DNA of 34,582 nt from a virus. The position numbers were made by a program, and so were the translations under genes. The stretch lies in the UHGV virus genome UHGV-0129090; one strand, written 5' to 3'. Below the pieces are notes generated by a model. That model ran no database searches. It saw only the letters and a program-made list of their open reading frames with translations, and was not told the DNA's origin. This document shows positions 23,456 to 31,899 of the stretch, piece by piece. The first letter of the stretch is position 1; each line of letters opens with the position of its first letter.

Positions 23456-23743
23456 TTTTGATTGATTGGTATTTTCTATCTATTTCGGTACTGATAGATT
23501 TTATCTATAGATTTGTTTGTTTTATGTAAAATTTCTCACGTATTTTTATTATAACTCGCGGCCAAACTTCGCATAGTTTGGCCTATTCAGGAGAACCTAC
23601 CTAAAGTCAAGGGAGTGATTCCATTTTTTTATCTTTTATTTAATATAAAGCACAAATTGCACAAAATCTTGATAGCTTTTACATATCAGTACCGAAGTAT
23701 ACCATCATTCTATTATTCACTGTTTATGCATTGTCTATGCAAT

Positions 23744-24130
23744 CTACTTGAGTATCACCATATTACTAACGATTACATCACAACGATAAGAGATAGGCAG
23801 ACCATCTACGGTACGGTACTGTAAGATCTCGTCGCGTAGTTCCCTTAGTCGGGTTAAGTGTGGTAGCTCACTACCGCTGAATGTATCTAGTGCATTGATA
23901 GGGTAATTAGTACGGCCTATGGTGAAGCGTGAGTAGTTTAATGTAATGTATTTATACTTAAGCGTTAGTGTATAGGTATCTATGAATAGCTCGTAACCGT
24001 CCTGTGTGATGATATGAGCGGTTATTAGCTTATCCTTGCGTGATGGTATGTATCCTGATTCCTGTCGGCCTGTGGTGCTTTCTATGGCCTTATACGTTCC
24101 ATCAGGGAAGTGTAGGTAGATTGTATTCAT
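23744..24130 (-). CDS. Hypothetical protein
   Basis: 128-aa ORF, minus-strand early region. Confidence 0.4.
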   Translation of the reverse strand: MNTIYLHFPDGTYKAIESTTGRQESGYIPSRKDKLITAHIITQDGYELFIDTYTLTLKYKYITLNYSRFTIGRTNYPINALDTFSGSELPHLTRLRELRDEILQYRTVDGLPISYRCDVIVSNMVILK

Positions 24131-24176
24131 GGTGTGATACTCCTATAGCATGTATAGGAGTATTTAGGGGATGGGA

Positions 24177-24833
24177 TTACTTGAAGTGGCGTTTACCAGT
24201 ATAGCTAGTTACGTATTCAGTATAGCCAGGTATATGTACTGGTGATTGATCTTGTAGCTGTTCTGCCGTTCCATCTGTGAATACTACACGATTTGGATGT
24301 GGGGCACATGGTTTATAGTGTTGTAGGATAAATTCTTTATTATCACTATATTGTAATGAGTCATAAGCTACTACACGTTTGCGATCTTTTAGATATACAT
24401 CATACTTCATTTCTTCCTGTACATCTGGCGGTAGATCTTTGAACAATAAGTTTTCATCAGTAGATATAGTTACGGTTATCTTTGATTTTAGTTCTAATGC
24501 GTAGTGAACTAATACACCGCCAAAATAACGATTAGTACAGCCATGATAATCACCATATAGAGAAGAATAGATAATTGAATCTAGTGCCTCTATTGGATCG
24601 TCTAACCGTTCTGATACTATTTTACGATGTTCATGACGTAAGCGGGATAGATTATCACGGATTTCTACGCAGTCTTCGCTGAGATAGAAACGATAACCTT
24701 TACCTAAATTGAAATGACCTACCCCGATTAGTTCGAATCCCGGCTTACTGGAAGGACGAATATCAATAGTACATGTAAGTCCTTTGCGGTGATCGTGCAT
24801 AATAAATTCTTCAAATAGTTCTTTACCTGTCAT
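24177..24833 (-). CDS. Hypothetical protein
   Basis: 218-aa ORF; no recognisable motif. Confidence 0.45.
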   Translation of the reverse strand: MTGKELFEEFIMHDHRKGLTCTIDIRPSSKPGFELIGVGHFNLGKGYRFYLSEDCVEIRDNLSRLRHEHRKIVSERLDDPIEALDSIIYSSLYGDYHGCTNRYFGGVLVHYALELKSKITVTISTDENLLFKDLPPDVQEEMKYDVYLKDRKRVVAYDSLQYSDNKEFILQHYKPCAPHPNRVVFTDGTAEQLQDQSPVHIPGYTEYVTSYTGKRHFK

Positions 24834-24886
24834 TATATTTTTCCTCGTTAGATTGAATAGCCCACTGTGAGTAGTGGGCTAGATTA

Positions 24887-25360
24887 TTAGTTGGTTACTG
24901 TCATTGATAGAAGGCGAACTATAATTTCTGCTGCATCGCCTGTAATAGTGGTTGGTGGGTTATTATTTGGATCATATACCGTCACACTATTATAATCAGT
25001 GGGTACTACACGACCTATACCGGATAACCTTGCAGCATGGTAATCAGTGTTTTCAAATACACGATCTTCTTCTAATACATTATGAAAGCAAAACGTACCT
25101 AATGCTAAATCACTAATTTGATCTGGTTTAGTAGTGGGATTAGTACAGCGATTCTGTGCGAAGCTATGAAAAGCTGCTGCATCATCGATATGATCACCCC
25201 AATGTGATTTTTTATCGGTGTTTCCCTCATACCATGAATCATTATTCTCTACTACTGTATGACCAGTTTTAGTATTGTGTACTAATACAATTTCATTAGT
25301 ACGGCTACTTAGTGTCACTTCTACATCTGGAAGTGAAGGAATGTTTTTTATAATTTTCAT
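24887..25360 (-). CDS. Hypothetical protein
   Basis: 157-aa ORF; stop followed by conserved hairpin module. Confidence 0.45.
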   Translation of the reverse strand: MKIIKNIPSLPDVEVTLSSRTNEIVLVHNTKTGHTVVENNDSWYEGNTDKKSHWGDHIDDAAAFHSFAQNRCTNPTTKPDQISDLALGTFCFHNVLEEDRVFENTDYHAARLSGIGRVVPTDYNSVTVYDPNNNPPTTITGDAAEIIVRLLSMTVTN

Positions 25361-25411
25361 TTACTTTCCTTATTAGATTAAAAAGCCCACTAATAAAAGT
25401 GGGCTATATTA

Positions 25412-25621
25412 TTAGTTAGTATCGAATAATGGCGGTATTTGTGGTATTTCTACTTCCCCTTCAATTGGTTTGCCGTATTGGTCTGCTACCTTTATTACAG
25501 TTTCCTTATAAGGATTAATACTATAATAGTGTTGATGGTCTTCGGTACTAACAATGATACGCTCAATACTCATATTATATTCCGTGATATTACGGATTGC
25601 TTTAATTAGTTTCTCTGACAT
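25412..25621 (-). CDS. Hypothetical small protein
   Basis: 69-aa ORF; stop followed by the same hairpin module as 24887-25360. Confidence 0.4.
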   Translation of the reverse strand: MSEKLIKAIRNITEYNMSIERIIVSTEDHQHYYSINPYKETVIKVADQYGKPIEGEVEIPQIPPLFDTN

Positions 25622-25630
25622 ATATATCCC

Positions 25631-26017
25631 TTATTTTATTTTAACGCAGTTTTGAAAGTAGTAATTACGAGTATCAGATCTCAATAAGAAGATAAAAGTA
25701 ATATCGTTTTGCTCTTTACTTCCCATTGTTGCAAGGAAGTATCGCTGCCTATCATTATCATAAGCCATTGTCATTGAATCATTAGATTCTATTGGTCCGG
25801 TGGCGTGAGTCATTGCACCGAAGTTAAGGATAAAACCATCACTATTAACTTTAGCGTGACCTGCACCAGAATAAGAAGATTTTTCTACTGGAGTATCACC
25901 CAGCATTTCAACTACTTTCACATCACATTGATACAATCCCTGCTCTGGTAGAGAGTGAGTGTTAGCCAGTACCGAAGGAGCTACTAACAGTAATGCAGAT
26001 ACGATAACCTTTTTCAT
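25631..26017 (-). CDS. Secreted/periplasmic protein with N-terminal signal peptide (paralog A)
   Basis: MKKVIVSALLLVAPSVLA signal sequence; two Cys; paralogous to 26027-26407. Confidence 0.55.
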   Translation of the reverse strand: MKKVIVSALLLVAPSVLANTHSLPEQGLYQCDVKVVEMLGDTPVEKSSYSGAGHAKVNSDGFILNFGAMTHATGPIESNDSMTMAYDNDRQRYFLATMGSKEQNDITFIFLLRSDTRNYYFQNCVKIK

Positions 26018-26026
26018 TTCTATTCC

Positions 26027-26407
26027 TTATTCAATAATACAATTGGAGAAGTTCAAAAATACGGGATTATTCTCATTGCTGACCATATACTGTGTTTTAC
26101 CATCGATTGCACTAATAATAATATCGTACTGGTCAGTATCTACGGCATAGGCCATCAGGCGACCGCTTTTAAGTTTTGAAACAGGGCTGAATGAAATATT
26201 CACATCCCTAAACTTCACACTAACAGCACGGTTATCAATACTCACATAACCAGTCATACCATAATAACCAGTCTTTACTACTCGCTTTCCTACCTGTTCC
26301 CACGATTCAACACCGCAACGATACAGACCATCATCAGGGAGTATTACATTTACTGCCAGTACCGAAGGGGCTACTAACAGTAATGCAGACAGTACAATCT
26401 TTTTCAT
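26027..26407 (-). CDS. Secreted/periplasmic protein with N-terminal signal peptide (paralog B; track ORF 26027-26419)
   Basis: MKKIVLSALLLVAPSVLA signal sequence nearly identical to paralog A at nucleotide level; shared LP-x-x-GLY-x-C and NC-[VI] motifs. Confidence 0.55.
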   Translation of the reverse strand: MKKIVLSALLLVAPSVLAVNVILPDDGLYRCGVESWEQVGKRVVKTGYYGMTGYVSIDNRAVSVKFRDVNISFSPVSKLKSGRLMAYAVDTDQYDIIISAIDGKTQYMVSNENNPVFLNFSNCIIE

Positions 26408-26586
26408 AAATTCATCCATTCGGGATTATCTACTTTATCAGAATCAATGGCATTGTTGATGCCAGATAATGACAGTGTTTTTGATTACGGCGACTGCAAT
26501 TTAATAAGTAGGGTTAATGTATTTTATTATATCATAGTAATATGCAGTCCCCATAACTAAAAGTACGGCAAATATTGTTTTCTTCA

Positions 26587-26967
26587 TCACAGATTATCGT
26601 CTATATAATTAGTTGGTTTCGAGAACTCAAATTCTGTACCGTAATTATTTGAACGATCAACTATCTTAGTGGTGTTTTTGTGGGGGCCGTGGGCTTTATG
26701 TTCTTCGAAGCTATGAATATTTGTAAGTCGGTCGGCGGCAATAATACAGCTACCAGTAGATGGGCGTTCTTCACCCAATAGCATAGGCTGACAATCACTA
26801 CTGAATTGTGGGCGATACTCTTTACCACCATTTACGGGGAATAATACTAGTGTACGACCGTTAATATCACCTACTACGGCTTCATTCATAAAAGCAGGCG
26901 TTATAGTAGTACAGCCAGTAGTGATTGTAGCCGTAGCGAGTACAGCTAGGGCAAAGAGATGTTTCAT
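26587..26967 (-). CDS. Putative lipoprotein
   Basis: MKHLFALAVLATATITTGC: signal peptide ending in a lipobox-like TTGC. Confidence 0.5.
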   Translation of the reverse strand: MKHLFALAVLATATITTGCTTITPAFMNEAVVGDINGRTLVLFPVNGGKEYRPQFSSDCQPMLLGEERPSTGSCIIAADRLTNIHSFEEHKAHGPHKNTTKIVDRSNNYGTEFEFSKPTNYIDDNL

Positions 26968-27075
26968 TAGTAAATCCTTGTAGTGATTGTGTGGAGTGAT
27001 GCTTGATGTGAATTATTATAGCTATGATATTTAGTAATAGCTACTACTTTATTTGTGTAGTAGCTATTATTATTC

Positions 27076-27759
27076 TTATACTACCTTATAGGCTTTAGTA
27101 ACAAGCTCTTTGAAGTCTTGCTCGTCGGCCTGTTTAGGATACTGCTGCTTGTACTCGGCGTAGTATTCTTGTGCTTTCGCGTTCATCTTCCCTTTCTGGT
27201 TTAGATGGAACTCATGACCGTTCCACTTCGCATTAAGCGGGTATTTTTTGCGATAGTCCTCACTATACGCCCGTAAAAACTCGTCAACGTCCGATAGTTC
27301 GGGATTCTTCTTAACCAACTGAATGTATACTTCATCCTTGAGTAATGCCGCTGGTAACTTCTTATTGATTACATTATAGGTTCTTCTTTCGTCCTTCTTG
27401 CTATCAACTATGACTACTTCGAATATCTTATTACCGTTTGGCTTCGATGCTTTTTGTGGTATGGAAGCAGGAGAAGATACGGCAAGTGTAGAAAGCAGTT
27501 CCTCTACACTAGAGAAGCTACCAGACTCTTGTACAAGTGATTCTAATAGCTTCTTAGCTTCGTTTAGTCGCTCGGTACGTAGTGTGCTTACATAGTCCTT
27601 CACTTCGCCCAGGCGTTGAATAAGTGTATCTATATCTTCTTCGTTGACGTTTGCCAGTGCATTGCGGCCTGTTGCGTCGGCAGTCAACATACCTACATTA
27701 AAATCATCATTCAGAATCGTACTGATCATTTTTGCGGTAATGCTTTTAATGCTTCCCAT
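27076..27759 (-). CDS. Hypothetical protein (227 aa)
   Basis: Largest ORF of the early region; Lys/Glu-rich C-terminus; no confident motif. Confidence 0.45.
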   Translation of the reverse strand: MGSIKSITAKMISTILNDDFNVGMLTADATGRNALANVNEEDIDTLIQRLGEVKDYVSTLRTERLNEAKKLLESLVQESGSFSSVEELLSTLAVSSPASIPQKASKPNGNKIFEVVIVDSKKDERRTYNVINKKLPAALLKDEVYIQLVKKNPELSDVDEFLRAYSEDYRKKYPLNAKWNGHEFHLNQKGKMNAKAQEYYAEYKQQYPKQADEQDFKELVTKAYKVV

Positions 27760-27947
27760 AATACAGCCTCATTTGGTTTTAACAGTAACTGAGTACAATC
27801 GGTTAGTTTATCTAGATTTGCAAGTGGGATCTCCTTCAAAGTGTTTATCATCTCACTGGTAAGACCAAATTCACTTAGTAGATCTTCTTCGGAAAGTTTC
27901 CGTACTGTATCTATATAGAGCACGTTTAGCTCATTAAGATCATTCAT
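27726..27947 (-). CDS. Hypothetical small protein
   Basis: 73-aa ORF overlapping neighbours at both ends. Confidence 0.35.
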   Translation of the reverse strand: MNDLNELNVLYIDTVRKLSEEDLLSEFGLTSEMINTLKEIPLANLDKLTDCTQLLLKPNEAVLWEALKALPQK

Positions 27948-28228
27948 AGCTTAATGTTCACGCGTTTTCTAGTTAGTAAGTTCAATAGTGCTTCGTTATA
28001 GGTAGTGTGCCACGTCTTACCATCACTAAAAGGCTTATTGATGTGTCGGGGATGCTTAGACATAGTGACCGCCCCTACCTTTCGGTTGTGATCGTCGAAA
28101 ACTTCGGTTATAAGTCCACCAGCAATACAACTAATACGCATGTAAAGATCCCAGCAATGAAGAAAAAGAAATTTGCAGCCGCAAGGTAAGTAAAGGTTAA
28201 TTTTTTCATAGAGTGTCCATATTAACAC
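27944..28228 (-). CDS. Hypothetical small protein (start uncertain)
   Basis: 94-aa track ORF with several internal Met. Confidence 0.3.
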   Translation of the reverse strand: MLIWTLYEKINLYLPCGCKFLFLHCWDLYMRISCIAGGLITEVFDDHNRKVGAVTMSKHPRHINKPFSDGKTWHTTYNEALLNLLTRKRVNIKL

Positions 28229-28264
28229 TACCAGTATATTTCCGGTACTAGTAGTGTAAATTGA

Positions 28265-28558
28265 TTAATGTACGTTAGTAATTTCTTCGGATACTACTTC
28301 TAGTAATGAAGCGAAAGCACGTTCACCATCGAATCGGGCAATAGTGATCTTATCGGTTACACTCTTAGGTAGATTGATGTTCTTTTCCCAATGGAACAAG
28401 CCACCAGACATAAGAAACATACTGAATAATTCACGCTCATTATGACGGGAACTAATTACTACATGAAACATTCCCGTTACACGATTATCAATCTCGTTAA
28501 TCTTGAATCCTAAATCATGTGCCTTAATGATCAAATCAGTAGATACACCCTTAGACAT
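28265..28558 (-). CDS. Hypothetical protein, divergent from 28800-28982
   Basis: 97-aa ORF; upstream region contains promoter/operator-like elements. Confidence 0.4.
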   Translation of the reverse strand: MSKGVSTDLIIKAHDLGFKINEIDNRVTGMFHVVISSRHNERELFSMFLMSGGLFHWEKNINLPKSVTDKITIARFDGERAFASLLEVVSEEITNVH

Positions 28559-28654
28559 TTTCGATACTCCCTACGATTAGTAACAAGGTTATGATGACTA
28601 CAAATAGTACATGCTCTTTAGTGATAGTGAACGTCATGTTGTGTCCTCGTTGTA

Positions 28655-28686
28655 TTGACACCACTGATACTAGGATCATTAGTATC
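28655..28686 (+). promoter_or_regulatory. Candidate sigma70-type promoter (TTGACA -35) overlapped by palindrome GATACTA-N7-TAGTATC (operator-like)
   Basis: ttgaca at about 28655-28660; perfect 7-bp inverted repeat at about 28666-28686; sits in the divergent intergenic region. Confidence 0.35.
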
Positions 28687-28799
28687 TAACGTCAACACTA
28701 GTTACTAAAATAATTTATTAGTAGAAAACGCTTGATAGTAACTAACGGTAGTGTATACTGTCTTTATTGAAGCAAAACACTACTACGAAGGGATATATA

Positions 28800-28982
28800 A
28801 TGAATACAGTAACTTACTTAGAACGCGGTAACATCACTGATATCATGGTTAACGATGTATATATGGGGGCGGTAGTAAAAGGTGACGATAACAAATATCG
28901 TACCGTACATAAGAACAATGCAGAATCTGGTACGTTTACTGCTTTCCACTTCGCAGCGTACCATGTAGAAAAAGCAGTATGA
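28800..28982 (+). CDS. Hypothetical small protein (track ORF from alternative start at 28767; ATG at 28800 has a better ribosome-binding site)
   Basis: gaaggg about 8 nt upstream of ATG at 28800; one of only a few plus-strand genes; followed by terminator. Confidence 0.4.
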   Translation: MNTVTYLERGNITDIMVNDVYMGAVVKGDDNKYRTVHKNNAESGTFTAFHFAAYHVEKAV

Positions 28983-28993
28983 TAGAAACGATG

Positions 28994-29018
28994 AAGCCCA
29001 CATTAAGTGGGCTTTTTT
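28994..29018. terminator. Rho-independent terminator (bidirectional, between convergent genes)
   Basis: Stem aagcccac / gtgggctt with loop attaa, then tttttt. Confidence 0.65.
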
Positions 29019-29527
29019 GTCTTGTGTGGTTTCTTAGTCTTCGGTACTGGTACTGCTTCTTCCTCTGTAACGTCCTGTACGCCCCTTAGAATGCGTTCTA
29101 CTTCCTCGGCGTTGCGTTGTACGTCTGTATAGATTCCTTCTGCTACGTAGCGTTCTAGACCCTCTACGTTGGGGATTCCGTGGCTGGCGACCACACCATC
29201 CACATGATGAATATGTAGGTCCAGTCCACCATTGATACGGGCACGGAAGTTATACGGGTTATTATTCAGTATTTCGATTTGCATTATTTTTACTCCATTG
29301 ATTATACAGTCTGACATAAAGATTATTTCATCCAGATCATCCATGACTACGGACAACTGGAAGTATTCTGCCTCATTCAGTCCTAGATAGTAATCAGGGG
29401 GATGATCGTACTTGATAGTATTATTTAGTAGTATGCCTTTACGATTGACTGCATAACGTCTGGCTAACTTGTAGTCATTGAATATCAAGCCACGTGGGTT
29501 ATTGTATATTATTTTTAGTTTTCTCAT
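29003..29527 (-). CDS. Hypothetical protein
   Basis: 174-aa ORF; Lys/Pro/Thr-rich C-terminal tail. Confidence 0.4.
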   Translation of the reverse strand: MRKLKIIYNNPRGLIFNDYKLARRYAVNRKGILLNNTIKYDHPPDYYLGLNEAEYFQLSVVMDDLDEIIFMSDCIINGVKIMQIEILNNNPYNFRARINGGLDLHIHHVDGVVASHGIPNVEGLERYVAEGIYTDVQRNAEEVERILRGVQDVTEEEAVPVPKTKKPHKTKKPT

Positions 29528-29840
29528 TGGGTATCCATTGGTAAGTAATTTGTCCTTTGACGTGTTTTAGTATTTCTATCTGCACCTTCTGTACTAATTC
29601 TGCATCGTATAGAGTACATTCTTGAAAGAGCATTTCTTCCGTGTACTCCGTAAGTAGTTTTCGTGGTATTTCTTGCGTATATGTTCTTTCAGTCCACCTA
29701 TTGTTAATGTAGTCATACATGAAAGATAGTTCTCCACTTGCGAAGATGTATAGTCCTTGTGATGGGAAGTGATTCAGTACGGCATCATGATAGTTATGGG
29801 AGTATCCCCAATGCGTCTGTTTACTGCTTATGTATTTCAT
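29499..29840 (-). CDS. Hypothetical protein
   Basis: 113-aa ORF overlapping downstream gene. Confidence 0.4.
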   Translation of the reverse strand: MKYISSKQTHWGYSHNYHDAVLNHFPSQGLYIFASGELSFMYDYINNRWTERTYTQEIPRKLLTEYTEEMLFQECTLYDAELVQKVQIEILKHVKGQITYQWIPNEKTKNNIQ

Positions 29841-30149
29841 TTTTTCTTTTTCCTTATTGATAGTTAATTATTCGGTACTGTCGCCGCCCGTTCCACTCCG
29901 TCGCCGCGTCCAACTCACAAAATATATGAGGAAGCACTTTGATAGTAGTAATGAGAACTACACCTACTGGATCGAGCAAAGCGAAGGGAGAACGCTTGCG
30001 GGATTCCGTAGCGATAGCGAGGAAAACGCAATGTTAGGTGTAATAATTAAATAATTTCAAAGACTCGCTCTGTCGAGGCTTTCTAATTACTTAACTATTT
30101 CTTCCTGTTCTATTAAGACATACTAAAATGAAAAATTATATTATATTAA

Positions 30150-30320
30150 GGGGGGCTAATGCACCAATCGCCCATAAAATTTCAAATCCATTTCAGAAAA
30201 GCCTGTAATATCAAGGGTTTGCGGCCTATTTTGCGTGTGGGTTAATCCCATTAGCCCATACAAATCAATCCCAATAGCCCATAATTAGCATATATGTATG
30301 GGCTAATAGGGGCTAATGGT
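30150..30320. repeat. Cluster of short repeats (GGGCTAAT / ATTAGCCC and AATCCCAWTAGCCCATA) in a non-coding region
   Basis: GGGCTAAT at about 30153, 30300 and 30310; reverse-complement copies at about 30250 and 30274; 17-bp direct repeat at about 30244-30260 and 30267-30282. Confidence 0.5.
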
Positions 30321-30321
30321 A

Positions 30322-30804
30322 TCATAACAATCCCGATAGATATTTGATTAGATCATTAATCGGGATGTTAGAATCAATCTTCTGTACTAACACTTCTTTT
30401 TGTTTCTCGTCTAGTTGCTTTCCTGATACCTGGCTAACTACACGTTTCATTGAGTTTTTTAGCGGTATACCCTGAATGATTAGTAGTTCTAATGCCTCTG
30501 ATACTTTCTTACATACTGTTTTATACTTAGTTTCCTGTGAATCACCCTGCATCTGTGGTTTTCCATTATGTAGACTACGCATAGTATTGATCGTATGTAG
30601 TGTTAGTGATTTAGTGATGTAATCACATTTTCGTATAACTTCGAATATTTCCTCTGAATCTACTTTATTACGTCCTAAAGATTTACAATTTTGAATTGCA
30701 TTATTGATTGCCTGAGTAGCTTCTAATGATAGTTCTTTGAATTTTATTTTCTTTACTTCTTTGTACACAATACTGTTATTGTGTGGTTTTTCCATGTTAG
30801 CCAT
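30322..30804 (-). CDS. Hypothetical protein adjacent to repeat cluster
   Basis: 160-aa ORF. Confidence 0.4.
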   Translation of the reverse strand: MANMEKPHNNSIVYKEVKKIKFKELSLEATQAINNAIQNCKSLGRNKVDSEEIFEVIRKCDYITKSLTLHTINTMRSLHNGKPQMQGDSQETKYKTVCKKVSEALELLIIQGIPLKNSMKRVVSQVSGKQLDEKQKEVLVQKIDSNIPINDLIKYLSGLL

Positions 30805-30885
30805 GATGATAAATACTCCTATAAAATGTGTCTTGTTCCTTAATATGGCGTACTAGTGCTTCTCCTCACTAGTACGCCTTTTTTA

Positions 30886-31491
30886 TTATTTCTTGAATAG
30901 TGCCTGTACTTTGAATACTAAATCAGAAGGTACTTTTTGTAGTTCTTCTTGATAGGTTTTACCGCGAAGTAGTTCCATGTATACCTTACGACTAGTAGAA
31001 CGGTTGAATGTACTATTCAACGAGTAAGTTAGATCATCCAAAAGTACATTGCCATTAGTACCGAAGACGCTATACGCATGTAAGTAGATATCATGTATTA
31101 GTTCTACATCAAACTTATCTTGCATTGGTTTACGCTTACTAATACTGTATTTTACATTAGTGCTATGTGCCGTCCATTCGATGTTACTTACTTCGTTATT
31201 ATGCTTATCTTCATCAATATGATTGATAACTACATTTTTGTACTTCTTAGTAAGCCTTAAATATTCCTTACTATCAAATGTAGATCCCATCATGCGATGC
31301 ACTGCATGTTTATATGATTGATATTCATTATTAGTACGAAGATCAATCCATTTCTTTTTCTTTGAGTCGTATACTTCGGCATTCTTACTAATCCAGACAT
31401 CATCTACATAGTGTATAGTATTGTCGGTATTGTTATTGATCTTTGCTTTATATAAAGTAACTAGTACATTATTTTCATTTAGTTTTCTCAT
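30886..31491 (-). CDS. HNH endonuclease
   Basis: INHIDEDKHNNEVSNIEWTAHSTN matches the His...Asn...Asn-Leu/Ile-x-Trp core of HNH nucleases. Confidence 0.6.
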   Translation of the reverse strand: MRKLNENNVLVTLYKAKINNNTDNTIHYVDDVWISKNAEVYDSKKKKWIDLRTNNEYQSYKHAVHRMMGSTFDSKEYLRLTKKYKNVVINHIDEDKHNNEVSNIEWTAHSTNVKYSISKRKPMQDKFDVELIHDIYLHAYSVFGTNGNVLLDDLTYSLNSTFNRSTSRKVYMELLRGKTYQEELQKVPSDLVFKVQALFKK

Positions 31492-31561
31492 ATGTATTCT
31501 TCCTTGAATATATTGATATGTACTTTTTGCTAAAGTGAAAGTACATTTAAAACCTTTGATC

Positions 31562-31714
31562 TTAGTTAGAAGAAAGTACCGCGTGTTTATTGATTAGATA
31601 CTGTATTGCAGCACTACGCGTTTTCGCTTTTCCTTCGGTAATTAGTTTATCAAGTACATCGGCTTGGGCTTCAGATACTCGCACACCAATACTAATTGAT
31701 TTGTTTTCTTTCAT
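31562..31714 (-). CDS. Ribbon-helix-helix (Arc/CopG-like) DNA-binding protein; short ORF absent from the supplied track
   Basis: My translation: MKENKSISIGVRVSEAQADVLDKLITEGKAKTRSAAIQYLINKHAVLSSN; strand-helix-helix pattern; aaggaag ribosome-binding site about 6 nt upstream of ATG. Confidence 0.55.
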   Translation of the reverse strand: MKENKSISIGVRVSEAQADVLDKLITEGKAKTRSAAIQYLINKHAVLSSN

Positions 31715-31765
31715 ATAGCTTCCTTTTTTGTTGAACAAATTGCTAAAAATTAAATCCGAAAATAT

Positions 31766-31781
31766 CCCCGACGAATCGGGG
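31766..31781 (-). terminator. Terminator-like hairpin between small membrane protein gene and RHH gene
   Basis: ccccga / tcgggg stem with T-rich tract following on the minus strand. Confidence 0.35.
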
Positions 31782-31899
31782 AGTATTATTTCTTGGAGGA
31801 GATTACATAGTTATTTATCATTTTGGAATTGAAACGGCCTCAAATAACCGCCTACATGTACTATTATATCACTTTTTTTCATTTCATCTCAAAAATCAG

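Noticed and set aside
27076-27759. Possible H-NS-like nucleoid protein
   Set aside because: Only general features (coiled-coil-like N-terminus, basic C-terminus) are present; the H-NS DNA-binding motif is absent.
29003-29527. Possible second HNH nuclease (LHIHHVDG...N...L)
   Set aside because: The His-rich stretch lacks the spacing and second-half residues of the HNH motif seen clearly in 30886-31491.
29830-30054. Plus-strand 74-aa ORF in the large intergenic region
   Set aside because: It starts with a hydrophobic low-complexity stretch, has no clear ribosome-binding site, and spans a GC-rich patch and repeat-rich non-coding DNA; more likely non-coding regulatory sequence.
30150-30320. CRISPR array
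   Set aside because: The repeats are 8-17 bp, irregularly spaced and in both orientations; there are no regular 28-37 bp repeats with unique spacers and no cas genes in the window.
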